Positions 27,926 through 37,153 are shown, numbered from the stretch's first letter. The stretch is 64,000 nucleotides of DNA from a virus (IMGVR_UViG_3300024252_000005), one strand, 5' to 3'. Notes: a model not told the origin generated them from the sequence alone. Translations and numbers: made by a program.

Positions 27926-28036
27926 ATTGTTAGCCTTGTAATGTTATTGTAAAAGTTGCGACCAGATCTACGCAAAAGTAGATCAAAAGCTGTTTCTTCT
28001 TATTTAGGATGACACGTTAGCGTTGATATACGCGAG

Positions 28037-28252
28037 TCACTCTGTATCTAGACTGTACCAATCATTGACCAACCAGCCATGCTCATCGCTCAGCGCGTCT
28101 GTAACTTGGAAAAGTGTAACTGTGCTCATGTCTTCGAAGTAATCAGATAGATCAACTTCGAGTGGCACTCCGTTAGCATTAGCAAATTGATCATGCTCTT
28201 CAGGTGTATGATTGGAAGGTAAGTCGAAGTCCCATTGGATTTGAATGATCAT
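28037..28252 (-). CDS. small acidic protein, paralog family D
   Basis: IQWDFDLP..GVPLEVDLSDYFED..QVTDALSDEHGWLVN. Confidence 0.75.
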   Translation of the reverse strand: MIIQIQWDFDLPSNHTPEEHDQFANANGVPLEVDLSDYFEDMSTVTLFQVTDALSDEHGWLVNDWYSLDTE

Positions 28253-28396
28253 GTTGATCCTTGATTGTTTGGGTAGTGGTGATGGTTTATTATAATATGA
28301 TATTAAGTTGGATTACACGTTAGAGCTGTCGACCAATATTTTTACCTAATCTATGCTTGAATAGTTAAAGTAGTGTTAGCTATATGTGTAACGATA

Positions 28397-28708
28397 TCAC
28401 ATGCTCCAATAAGACTCTGATGAAGGTGAGCAGTAAGAAGGTGTATTATACCTTTCCTTATACTCTTCACCTGACATCATGTTCTTTCGAATGACATAAG
28501 TTTCGTAGATATTTGTAACAAAGCGCTCAGCTTCAGGATACTGTGCTTTACATAATTCTTCAACTTCTTTCCTGCTCAATCCTTCATGATCATGAAATTC
28601 AACAAATCTTAATCCAGCCTTGTTCTTTCCCGAGCGAATAGACTTAGACCTAGATGTAATACGATTGTCTTTTTTGTATACTTCAACAGTAAATTGATTA
28701 GTTGTCAT
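28397..28708 (-). CDS. early protein, paralog family B
   Basis: Ends ERYNTPSYCSPSSESYWSM. Confidence 0.75.
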   Translation of the reverse strand: MTTNQFTVEVYKKDNRITSRSKSIRSGKNKAGLRFVEFHDHEGLSRKEVEELCKAQYPEAERFVTNIYETYVIRKNMMSGEEYKERYNTPSYCSPSSESYWSM

Positions 28709-28828
28709 ATTAAAGCTTTCTTGGTTGATTGATTTTTTGATGTTGCCTTATGATATATTATACACAACGAATTAACTAGTTTACACGCACAGAGTGCGAC
28801 GATGCCAGCCGTTGCCAGGCCAAGTCAG

Positions 28829-29239
28829 TTACTTCATGATGAGGGTGTGGCCAGGATTAGTGAATCGGCCGCGATACCCCTTGTAGTTAGCTGAGATACG
28901 ATCGATCATATCCATCCGAGCTTGAGCACAAGGTTCTTTGATAACTTTTTTAGAATTGAATCCCCACTGAGTTGGAATGCTCTTGCGACGATTGATAACG
29001 AACTGATCTTGGACCTTGTAGGTCTTAGACACACCTTCAGGTGGAGGAAAGGAGTTATAGATAGGATTGGTGTATTCTGCGTTGATCTCACGTCGTACGT
29101 AGCCATTAGCATATGAGATGTAAGATACTTTATGTTGTTGGCAGAAGAACTGTTGGTTGCCGCGACGTGCTTGGACTGGTGTTGTGGTCTCGATGAGGTT
29201 TGTGTTTTGAGGCTGAATGGTGTGGATATTGGTGTCCAT
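28829..29239 (-). CDS. early protein, paralog family A
   Basis: NLIETTTPVQ..SYISYANGYVRR. Confidence 0.75.
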   Translation of the reverse strand: MDTNIHTIQPQNTNLIETTTPVQARRGNQQFFCQQHKVSYISYANGYVRREINAEYTNPIYNSFPPPEGVSKTYKVQDQFVINRRKSIPTQWGFNSKKVIKEPCAQARMDMIDRISANYKGYRGRFTNPGHTLIMK

Positions 29240-29318
29240 GATGGTCCTTATTGGATGAGCGGTGTTGATGGTTTATTATAATATACGTGTTATTTAAGTT
29301 GCACGACCTAGTTATAAC

Positions 29319-29585
29319 TTAGCGCTTGATGAGCATATTTTCGTTGTTGAAAAAGTGTGCGTATGTGACAGCAAAAGAATCTACAAACTCTCTCTTTCGA
29401 TTATAGATGCACACATTGTAATCGTTATGCAGTTTCATCGATCGTGTTGTCATGCTCTTGCCTGAGTCAATGTCAGTAACTAAAACCTTGTGACCAGTAG
29501 CGAACGGTGCTTTGGAGCTTAGCCATAGAACGTGAGCCTGTAGAGGTTTAGGTGTGTCAACAATAATAATGTTTTGTGAATCCAT
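29319..29585 (-). CDS. hypothetical early protein
   Basis: Own promoter ~29651 and SD. Confidence 0.7.
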   Translation of the reverse strand: MDSQNIIIVDTPKPLQAHVLWLSSKAPFATGHKVLVTDIDSGKSMTTRSMKLHNDYNVCIYNRKREFVDSFAVTYAHFFNNENMLIKR

Positions 29586-29673
29586 GATGATCCTTATTGG
29601 ATGAGTGGTGGTGATGGTTTATTATAATATGGAAGTTAACTTAGTTACACGACGTGGGTTGGCGAGAGGATTG

Positions 29674-29859
29674 TTATAGATAGATTCCTCTGCTGATTTG
29701 AGACTTAAGCGACTCCTTGCGTTGCGAGATGTCTTCAAGCTTACCGGTCAAACCGTTTTTGTGTAGCTCTTTAGTGTAAGAAGCTGTAGCTTGACGAAGT
29801 AACTCTTTGAGTTCGTTGCGAGTGTGGACGATGATCATTGATTGTTTGTTGGAGTTCAT
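29674..29859 (-). CDS. hypothetical early protein
   Basis: Own promoter ~29922. Confidence 0.65.
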   Translation of the reverse strand: MNSNKQSMIIVHTRNELKELLRQATASYTKELHKNGLTGKLEDISQRKESLKSQISRGIYL

Positions 29860-29911
29860 GTTGAACCTTATTGTTTGGGTGGTGATGGTATATTATAATA
29901 TGATTATTAAC

Positions 29912-30223
29912 TTAGTTGCACGAAGGCTCGTGCCATGCGTAGTTATTGATGAGCCAGCCGAATTCGTCGCTGAGAGCATCAGTGATTTGCTCAGGTGAAA
30001 CACTTCGTGGGTCTTCAAAGTAATCAATGAGATCGACTTGTTGTGGGACACCGAATAACATTGAAACGTCTCGTTTATACCCAGCTAATCGCTCGGGATC
30101 TTCCAGGATGACCTCGATGTCTCCTTCAGATAGACCAAGCATCTCTTGAGTTTGTTCATCCTGTTCGATGTCAAACTCCCAGTCAATGTTAATGATTGTT
30201 GATTGTGTGTTTGGTGTTTCCAT
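29912..30223 (-). CDS. small acidic protein, paralog family D
   Basis: Start METPNTQ; IDWEFD..VDLIDYFEDP..QITDALSDEFGWLIN; stop codon lies inside the next promoter. Confidence 0.75.
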   Translation of the reverse strand: METPNTQSTIINIDWEFDIEQDEQTQEMLGLSEGDIEVILEDPERLAGYKRDVSMLFGVPQQVDLIDYFEDPRSVSPEQITDALSDEFGWLINNYAWHEPSCN

Positions 30224-30334
30224 TATATTAAATCCTTTGTTGGATAAGTAGTGGTGATGGTTTATTATAATATATGTGTTATCTAAGTTACACGAATAGG
30301 GTTGATGACGCCGCTGGTTGAACGGCCAAGACAA

Positions 30335-31141
30335 TTAAAAGATGTCGTCGTTGAGCTCATCGTCGGAGTTATCTTCAAGATCTGGATCTGCAAGACCTTC
30401 GGCTGCTAGAAATGCTTCCCATTCCTCAGGGTTGTCTGATGTTGGAGCTTCGTTTAGTTCTTCAAAAGGATCAGAATCTGTTTCTTTTACGTTAGGTCCA
30501 ATGACAACGTCAGCACGAGTTACAGCGCTTTTTTCCTTAGGCTCAGGCTTAACATCTTCAGGCTTAACATCTTCAGATTCAGCTTTTGCTGAGCTACTGG
30601 ACTCAAGGCCGAGAGCATGAGGGGTTTTATTCATTGGGCGAATTGCCTCATCAAGGACATCAATTGCGATATAGTGAAGTTGCTTAGTATGATCAAGTTT
30701 AGACCCACCAGTTCTGACTTCAAAAGCTGCACAGTTTTTCCCATTTGAGACTCGAGGTGCAGAAAATCTGATCCAAGCAGCACCTTTAGCTTCAGTGTTA
30801 GTTATGTAATCACTGCAATCAATGCCTTGAGATTGAAGTTCAGTTATAGTCAGACTGATCTCTTGAAGAGAAACGAAAACCCATTTAGCACCGGTGCCAG
30901 AAAACTTTGCTTTGACATCGCGTCGCCAAACTGCTTCGCCTTCTCCGGTCTTGCCTGATCTTGTTGTTAGATGCTTGATGTGACTGTCAATCAGTTCGTT
31001 AAGATGCTTCTTGAAGCCAGTTACGGAAGCTTTGTGTCCTTCAGCAATGAAGTTATCAAAAAGACCGCGGATCATTTCGTCGTCGTACTTATTCATTTCA
31101 GTTCCTTGACTGTTTGATTGTGGGAGAGAATTGTTATTCAT
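30335..31141 (-). CDS. family C protein with acidic tail ending NDDIF
   Basis: VTGFKKH..SGK..KFSGTGAKWV..AWIRFS..AAFEVRTGGS; internal EDVKP x2. Confidence 0.8.
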   Translation of the reverse strand: MNNNSLPQSNSQGTEMNKYDDEMIRGLFDNFIAEGHKASVTGFKKHLNELIDSHIKHLTTRSGKTGEGEAVWRRDVKAKFSGTGAKWVFVSLQEISLTITELQSQGIDCSDYITNTEAKGAAWIRFSAPRVSNGKNCAAFEVRTGGSKLDHTKQLHYIAIDVLDEAIRPMNKTPHALGLESSSSAKAESEDVKPEDVKPEPKEKSAVTRADVVIGPNVKETDSDPFEELNEAPTSDNPEEWEAFLAAEGLADPDLEDNSDDELNDDIF

Positions 31142-31224
31142 ATTGAATCCTTATTTATTGTTGGTTTGAAGGTGTGCCTTATGGATGTATTATATGTTAT
31201 GTTGATTGAAACTTACACGCGGTA

Positions 31225-31431
31225 TTAAACCTCATCATCTTTTTTGTTTTCTAGAACTTCATCGATGACACCAGTTTCTTTTAGATGGAACTCAAGAGCT
31301 TGACGTCCTTCCTCTGTGATGCTGATGTATTCTTCTTCGTTGCACATTGCTTCCTGATAGTAATCGAAGATCTTGCAGCCAAGGACAAAGCCTAAAGCTA
31401 GAATGATGATGTAGATTAGAGTGGAAAACAT
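31225..31431 (-). CDS. small single-TM protein
   Basis: N-terminal hydrophobic helix, acidic tail. Confidence 0.65.
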   Translation of the reverse strand: MFSTLIYIIILALGFVLGCKIFDYYQEAMCNEEEYISITEEGRQALEFHLKETGVIDEVLENKKDDEV

Positions 31432-31546
31432 TTGAATCCTTGTTGAGTGTTTGTTTGTTGTTGTCCTTACTTATATATTATATAATAAGGAATAACTTCG
31501 TTACACGAAGTGTCGACGACCTAGGTGGCTAACCCGTCAAGGAAGA

Positions 31547-31960
31547 TTACTGAACGAAGTTTCGTTTGATCTCTTCTTGATTAGCGATGTCAACGAGCTG
31601 TTTGCTGTGCTTAAGTGCAATCTTTCGTGCTCTGAACATAACAGACTTTCCTTGAGCATAGTGACCTAGAACGCGCTCGCATAATGGGTGTCGAAGATCC
31701 TTTTGTGGGTAGCGAACTTCGTTGCGATCGTTCATCCCAAGGAGCCACCGAGCCATGCGAGTCCCAGCTTTAGCGTCAGCAGCTGAGAAGCCGACAGAGT
31801 TCTCATACTTGGTCGTTGAAGTCTTAACTTCATCAGAAGTCTGCAAATTGAAGAGTCGCACGATAGCTCTCATCACCGCGATGTCGTTGTCGTTTAGAAG
31901 TTGATCGATCTCAGATCGTGTCCATATGCGTAGTGTCTTTGTTGATGTCTTGTCAGTCAT
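31547..31960 (-). CDS. hypothetical phage protein
   Basis: Own promoter ~32040. Confidence 0.7.
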   Translation of the reverse strand: MTDKTSTKTLRIWTRSEIDQLLNDNDIAVMRAIVRLFNLQTSDEVKTSTTKYENSVGFSAADAKAGTRMARWLLGMNDRNEVRYPQKDLRHPLCERVLGHYAQGKSVMFRARKIALKHSKQLVDIANQEEIKRNFVQ

Positions 31961-32040
31961 AGTTAATCCTTGATGGAGTGTTGAAATGTTGTTTTGGACC
32001 TTATGTTCTTATTATATATCAATGCAAGTTAAGTTGCACG

Positions 32041-32238
32041 TTATAGGTAACTCTCTGTCTCTGTGATGTATGTGTTGATTGGAGTGAGTTGCTCACCAGT
32101 ATGCAGTGTCATCCACTTATCCTGAACGTGAGTATATCCAGAACTCTTAAGCTCTTTAAGCTTATTAACACGTTGCTCAACGTCGTGGGGAAGATTAATG
32201 TTTTGATCATCTTGATCGTAGTGGACATGAAATACCAT
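32041..32238 (-). CDS. hypothetical early protein
   Basis: Own promoter ~32302; stop abuts the next promoter. Confidence 0.65.
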   Translation of the reverse strand: MVFHVHYDQDDQNINLPHDVEQRVNKLKELKSSGYTHVQDKWMTLHTGEQLTPINTYITETESYL

Positions 32239-32322
32239 GTTAAGTTCCTTTAGTGATATGGATTATGGTTTATTATAATACCTTTATTAACTGAGTTGCA
32301 CGCCAACTCGACGACCCAGAGC

Positions 32323-32847
32323 CTATGCAGGCTGTGTAAGATCCTCGTTGCGTGCCTTAACATCCTCTAGGAAATCAAGGATCTTCTTCTCATGGCCGTC
32401 AATGTGCGAAGTATCGAGACCACCAGAAGCCTGAACATCACGCATCTTGTCGAGGCGAAGCTGAAACCATTGGAATCCGTCAAGCAAGATAGTCTTTGGT
32501 GAAATGTTTACCGGAGTAAACTCTTCGCTCATATCGATGTCTTTGTTGTTCATGTGATCCCATTTGTTGACACCGTGATAGTGACCCAAGATGTCTTCAT
32601 AATCAGTACAATTCGACCAACCTGAGTTCCAGTAAACGTAGCCATGAACTTCTTTCATGAAAGCGTTCGCATCGTTGAATGACTTGCGAAGACCCGGATC
32701 AAGTGACTCGATGAAGTTGTCACGGATATCTCTGAGCTCTTGCGTCTCTCGGAATCGTTCACGTGGTGTCTCAATTGAGCTCCACTTTTCGTTATACGTA
32801 TTGTGGTTATATGTAATTGTATCTCGAACTTGTTGTCTCGTTGGCAT
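32323..32847 (-). CDS. hypothetical protein
   Basis: AAGGA SD, 174 aa. Confidence 0.7.
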   Translation of the reverse strand: MPTRQQVRDTITYNHNTYNEKWSSIETPRERFRETQELRDIRDNFIESLDPGLRKSFNDANAFMKEVHGYVYWNSGWSNCTDYEDILGHYHGVNKWDHMNNKDIDMSEEFTPVNISPKTILLDGFQWFQLRLDKMRDVQASGGLDTSHIDGHEKKILDFLEDVKARNEDLTQPA

Positions 32848-33110
32848 GTCAGTTTCCTTTAGTGAAGTGTTTTACGAATAGGCAGAGCGATAGAGTCATC
32901 GTACGACTTAAGAAGCTTTCGAACTTCTTGACGATCAATACGCGTGAAAAGTCGCAACTCATTACGACCAACTGCTGTATAACCAAGTCGTTTATTTGTA
33001 TGAGATCGCGAACCGAGGCGATGAGAGTGTCGATTAATTGCTGCCAAGTCACTGTCCTTTGTTGATGTTGATTATGGTTTATTATACCACGTCGTTAAAC
33101 GTATTACACG

Positions 33111-33335
33111 TCAAATGATCTTGGTTGTCGGGTTCTGATCGTCCATCACACCATCACAAATCTCTCCTGGGTCGAATTCGTAGAGATGAAAACTCCCGTC
33201 GCTCATAACAACTGTTATTACGTTACCACGCGTCGTCACAGTCTTTACTTCACGAGGATTCACGTTCAATTCGTCACACACTTCTTGAAGGTCGATCTCT
33301 ACTCGAGTTGAGTAAGTTATTTGAATCGTTGACAT
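33111..33335 (-). CDS. hypothetical early protein
   Basis: Own promoter ~33413. Confidence 0.65.
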   Translation of the reverse strand: MSTIQITYSTRVEIDLQEVCDELNVNPREVKTVTTRGNVITVVMSDGSFHLYEFDPGEICDGVMDDQNPTTKII

Positions 33336-33448
33336 AGTTAACCTTTCGAAACGTCGTTAATGATTGGTTGTCCTTACATCTATATTATAGACTAAGGTAT
33401 TGTTATTTGCACGCCGAGCTCGACGCTACAAGCCGTAGCCACTGCGAA

Positions 33449-33868
33449 TCAGTAACCCATGACTTCGTTGTAAGCTTCACACCCACCCATCATACCAGCC
33501 TCCATCGCGATCTCACGTCTCCAGTCTTCCATCCAGTCATCGTCATCACCATCCTCCGTCGCTTCACGAACAAGCTTGATGTCGTCAGTGTCCCAAGGAT
33601 TGAACTTTTGACCATATCTCACACCGCCGTTGAGGAGCTCCATATTCTTTCCCATGGCGTTTTCCTTGTCCTCCCAGTCTTCGCCTTCGTAAACCCAGAT
33701 CGCGTCACCATCACCACACCTCGCAAGACTCACCAACTCTTCGAGAGTATACTCTCTGCCCACCTCGAGAATAACCGTGTCACACCAGTCGTCGTTGTGA
33801 ATTGGGTCGACGTTGCTCCCAGTAGTCATTAAACATTTGATGATTCCCATAGTAAAACCTTTCGTCAC
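33449..33868 (-). CDS. hypothetical acidic early protein
   Basis: Own promoter ~33929. Confidence 0.7.
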   Translation of the reverse strand: MTKGFTMGIIKCLMTTGSNVDPIHNDDWCDTVILEVGREYTLEELVSLARCGDGDAIWVYEGEDWEDKENAMGKNMELLNGGVRYGQKFNPWDTDDIKLVREATEDGDDDDWMEDWRREIAMEAGMMGGCEAYNEVMGY

Positions 33869-34021
33869 GTTGTTAATGTTTGTTTGTCCTTACATCTATA
33901 TTATAGACTAAGGAATTGATTGTTACACGTCGTTTCGACGACGTGGAGCCTTGTCACGGCGAATCAGATCTTTGTAAGATCGATCCTATCGAAGCGAGGC
34001 CAAACGACCTAGGTCTTTGAA

Positions 34022-34801
34022 TCAGAAGATGTCATCGTTGAGGTCGTCGTCGTAGTCATCCTCGAACTCGTCGTTACTGAGGCCTTGTGATGAGAGGTAA
34101 GCTTCCCAAGCTTCAGGATCATCAGAGTCAGGGACATCACTCGGAGTCTCGTCGTCTGGTGTCTCCACCTCGTCAACGACTTCAGTTGTCTCGGTCTCCT
34201 CAGCTTCAGGCTCTTTGGCTTCGCTCGGTGAGGCAATGACCTCGAGCTTCTCTGAGTGGGGAGTTCCTCCTAATGGAGAGATCACATCGTCAAGTCCAAC
34301 AGCAGGTAAGATAAGCAACTGCCTTTGATGATCATCTTTGGATCCACTTGTTCGAACTTCGAAGGCTGCCATATGAGCCTTGCTTTTAGGGTCGACGCGA
34401 GGTCCTGAGTAGCGAACCCATGCGTAGCCAGCTTGCGTCGTCCATGCCTTGTAGGCTGAGCAATCGATGCCATCCTCCTCGAACTCGTCAAGACTTGGGT
34501 TAACGACGTCAAGGGCAACTTGAACCCACTTCGCTCCGCGACCAGCAAACATTGCCTTCTGCTCACGACGCCAATCGGAGCCAGATCCATTGGCAGTCTT
34601 GCCAGATCCTGAGCAAAGGTGCTTGATGTCAGTCTTGATGAGACCATCAATATGCTTCTTGAAAGCAGTTACCTTAGGATCGCCTCCAGCTGCAATAAAC
34701 TGCTCGAACAAAGCTTTAATATGATTAACTTCTGTCATTGTATCCTCAATTGTTGGGTTTGATGTTGGGATGTTTTGGGTAGATTGAGTATCAGTTGTCA
34801 A
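34022..34801 (-). CDS. family C protein with acidic tail ending NDDIF
   Basis: GGDPKVTAFKKH..GAKWV..AWVRYSG..AAFEVRTSGS; TTG start with AGGAG. Confidence 0.8.
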   Translation of the reverse strand: MTTDTQSTQNIPTSNPTIEDTMTEVNHIKALFEQFIAAGGDPKVTAFKKHIDGLIKTDIKHLCSGSGKTANGSGSDWRREQKAMFAGRGAKWVQVALDVVNPSLDEFEEDGIDCSAYKAWTTQAGYAWVRYSGPRVDPKSKAHMAAFEVRTSGSKDDHQRQLLILPAVGLDDVISPLGGTPHSEKLEVIASPSEAKEPEAEETETTEVVDEVETPDDETPSDVPDSDDPEAWEAYLSSQGLSNDEFEDDYDDDLNDDIF

Positions 34802-35195
34802 AATGACTCCTAAATGGTTGGGGTGATGTTTTATTATAATAGGATTAGATTAATGTTACACGATAGATGATGGACCTGTTGTTTCCTTAATAATTAACTT
34901 TGATTCATATTTAACTCCTTTCCTCTAGTACTTTTTATTATACCATCTGTCTCAATTAGTTACACGATCCAACTCGACGACCCGAAGGGCTGTCAACGCA
35001 AGTTCTCGAGATCAATGATGATCGATGCAGCTAAGAAGAGAATAATCAAGGTAAGCATATGATGCCTTTCAACTTAAGGCTCTAACATGAGGACGAAGGC
35101 CTCGTTTTTGCCTGACCTGTTATTATATAACCTTCAGGCGATAGTTACACGATTAATACGCCGGACGCCAGAGTTCTCACATCATCACCAAGAAA

Positions 35196-35500
35196 CGTGT
35201 AACTTGGTAATTCAACTGACCGGGAAACCAACGATGTCAAAGATCTGAAGGGAAGAGGCATGCCTCTTTTGGAACCACCGTTCCTATCCCCCCTTATGTT
35301 CTTATTATAATATGCCACGTCGCCGGTTACACGTAGGCCCCGGGGCTCTAGAGGGCCCCTTTTAGGCCCCCTCTGCGTGTATCTAAAACTCAGTGGGACT
35401 CCGGCCCAGGGGGGGTTTAGTCCGCTACCAGCATTTTCTTCCCGGGAACTTTTCGAAAAGCTTTTAGGTATCACATTTGAATACATCTAATTTGTGAAAA
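35196..35500. other. GC-rich palindrome cluster at the divergent transcription junction
   Basis: AAGAGGCATGCCTCTT (35253-35268), CCCCGGGG, CTCTAGAG, TTCCCGGGAA (35439-35448), CTTTTCGAAAAG (35449-35460); inverted promoter half-site at 35196. Confidence 0.7.
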
Positions 35501-35584
35501 AAACTCCAGGAGACTTTTTTAATAACTTTTTGATATTTAGAGATATATTTATATTTAGTTATATTAATAGAAAGAGTTTTAAAT

Positions 35585-36280
35585 ATGAGAATAACTGAGA
35601 GTAAATTACGAAGTTTGATAAGGAGTGTGATTAAAGAAACATTTGATCACGTAGGAAAATTTGCCGCAATGTATATGATGCCTAAAAGAGGAATATCATC
35701 AAGAGATATTAAAAACTTATGTCCTTCTAGAGAATGTGAATTTATATCTGTTGGAAATGTTGACAGTTATGATAGTTATAGACCTTTTGAAGATGATCAT
35801 GGTTTTTTCATAGATGCTTTTGAAAATTGTGTTAATCAAATTGACATAGGCGAAGGAAACGAAGAAGCTGAACGTGTTGTTAGTAGTTCTGGTTTTGTTA
35901 GTAGTATTATGCCTTTAAAAGTTTTTTATGATTCTAATGATGGTGGTCGTTTAGTATACTGTACAAAAGGTACCTTTAATACATCAGAGGGTGAAGGAAA
36001 TGTTTGGTTTAGTTTACCTATAGATACGCAAAAGTTTGAAAGAAGATGTAATAATGAGTTTGGTCAAATCAATTCATCAGGAGTTGAATATGAATCAATG
36101 ATTCATTCTAGAGAAAGAGAAGAGCAGGCAAAAAGAAGAGATAGATTAGATCGAGAATTTGGTCGAGGAGTCTATGCTAATCCTTACTCAGGAGAGACAG
36201 AAGCAGAAACTAGAGCAAGACTTCGAAGAGATGATACTGAGCGTGATCATCTAAGAAAAATTAGAAAAGAAATGCTTTAG
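35585..36280 (+). CDS. leader-family protein (putative internal virion protein)
   Basis: MRITESKLRSLIRSVIKE. Confidence 0.75.
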   Translation: MRITESKLRSLIRSVIKETFDHVGKFAAMYMMPKRGISSRDIKNLCPSRECEFISVGNVDSYDSYRPFEDDHGFFIDAFENCVNQIDIGEGNEEAERVVSSSGFVSSIMPLKVFYDSNDGGRLVYCTKGTFNTSEGEGNVWFSLPIDTQKFERRCNNEFGQINSSGVEYESMIHSREREEQAKRRDRLDREFGRGVYANPYSGETEAETRARLRRDDTERDHLRKIRKEML

Positions 36281-36411
36281 TATTTGCAAATAATTTAATT
36301 CTTGTCGAGCTGGGTGTCTCCTGAGTCATGACGTTTATGTGAGTTAAATATTTTATATTGACATGATTAAACATATGTAGTTGTGTTGAAATATTTAACA
36401 GGGATAACATT

Positions 36412-36915
36412 ATGAATCGAAAAGAAACAAAATTATTGGTTGAAGGTTGGAGAAATCTATTAAAAGAGACGCGTGAGACTGCAATAGCTAGTGATGTTGA
36501 AGTGGTATTTCCTGATGGCATACCGGAAGACTTGTTAATGAAGGGAGATTCTGATGGTGAGATAAGTGGTTTTGTTTATCCTCATGATGTGAGTAGAGCT
36601 CGAGGGGGAATATATTGGAGAGGTGACTTAGTTGGGTTTATGACGCCTAGAGAAGAGAAAGGCGGGTGGAGAGTTGGAGCTGTTTATATTGATAGTGAAG
36701 CGAGAGAGAGAGTCAAGGGTATAGGGAGTATAGCGATATCGAAGTTTTTCGAGTGTAGAGAAGCTGCTGATTTGCTTATTGGAGTCGATAATATTTCTTC
36801 GCAGAGAGCGTTTAGTAATGCTGGATTTGAAGATACAGGAAAGAAGTATGTTGATAAAAGTGATGGTTGGGAAGCGACTGTGTGGAGTAGGGTGTCTCTA
36901 GAGTCACAGACGTAA
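36412..36915 (+). CDS. GNAT-family acetyltransferase with variant leader
   Basis: VGAVYID..RVKGIGS, IGVDNISSQRAFSNAGFE; N-terminus KLLVEGWRNLLKE. Confidence 0.75.
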   Translation: MNRKETKLLVEGWRNLLKETRETAIASDVEVVFPDGIPEDLLMKGDSDGEISGFVYPHDVSRARGGIYWRGDLVGFMTPREEKGGWRVGAVYIDSEARERVKGIGSIAISKFFECREAADLLIGVDNISSQRAFSNAGFEDTGKKYVDKSDGWEATVWSRVSLESQT

Positions 36916-37051
36916 CAGAATAGTTTTGAGTTTGTTAAACTGTTTTGCTGAATTTGTGAAAAAAACTTCGGGAGAAATTTCGGAAAACTTTTTGTATGTT
37001 TAGTAATAAATAGAGTTATACAATATTGTTAAACAAAGAGAGGCTTAAGGA

Positions 37052-37153
37052 ATGAAAATAACTGAGAGAAGATTGAGAAGTCTTATAAGACAAGTGGTGG
37101 TTACAACACGCCCGGGAATCCTGACGATTATTGATCTTATTGTTAATTTATAG
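37052..37153 (+). pseudogene. orphan leader (MKITERRLRSLIRQVV) without cargo
   Basis: 33-codon ORF with AAGGA SD; overlapping out-of-frame tail GGYNTPGNPDDY*. Confidence 0.6.

Larger units (their letters stand above)
26979..27989 (-). promoter_or_regulatory. second promoter class: ~40-bp repeat at 26979-27017 and 27951-27989
   Basis: AAAAG(T/C)TGCGAC(C/T)AGATCTA..CAA..GTAGAT.AAAAG; the 27.9-kb copy reads TTGCGT-N18-TACAAT on the minus strand. Confidence 0.55.
10095..35332 (-). promoter_or_regulatory. dispersed family of >30 promoters, minus-strand consensus CGTG(T/C)AA-N~18-TATAAT-AAACCAT
   Basis: Copies ending (+ strand ..TTACACG/..TTGCACG) near 10131, 11172, 13385, 14467, 15287, 16007, 16343, 17518, 18938, 19727, 20970, 21257, 22909, 25231, 27307, 28319, 28787, 29305, 29651, 29922, 30294, 31219, 31507, 32040, 32302, 33110, 33413, 33929, 34862, 34966, 35151, 35332; also 2782. 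Confidence 0.85.

Noticed and set aside
30342-30620. Antisense/shadow ORFs (also 6848, 8766, 17691, 25215, 25566, 33368, 34009, 34282, 36261, 44084, 56745, 58317, 60024, 62030, 63137 and similar)
   Set aside because: They overlap better-supported genes on the other strand or frame, and lack SD and plausible composition.
32849-33052. Two overlapping minus-strand ORFs (32849-33052 and 32859-33047) behind the promoter at ~33110
   Set aside because: One is probably real, but the frame cannot be chosen from sequence alone, so neither is listed.
10095-35332. Dispersed repeats as a CRISPR array or attC-type integron sites
   Set aside because: Spacing is gene-sized and irregular, the repeats are degenerate -35/-10 promoters without palindromic structure, and no cas or integrase gene is present.
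35145-35486. 113-aa minus-strand ORF across the junction
   Set aside because: It spans promoter copies and palindromes with atypical composition; likely spurious.
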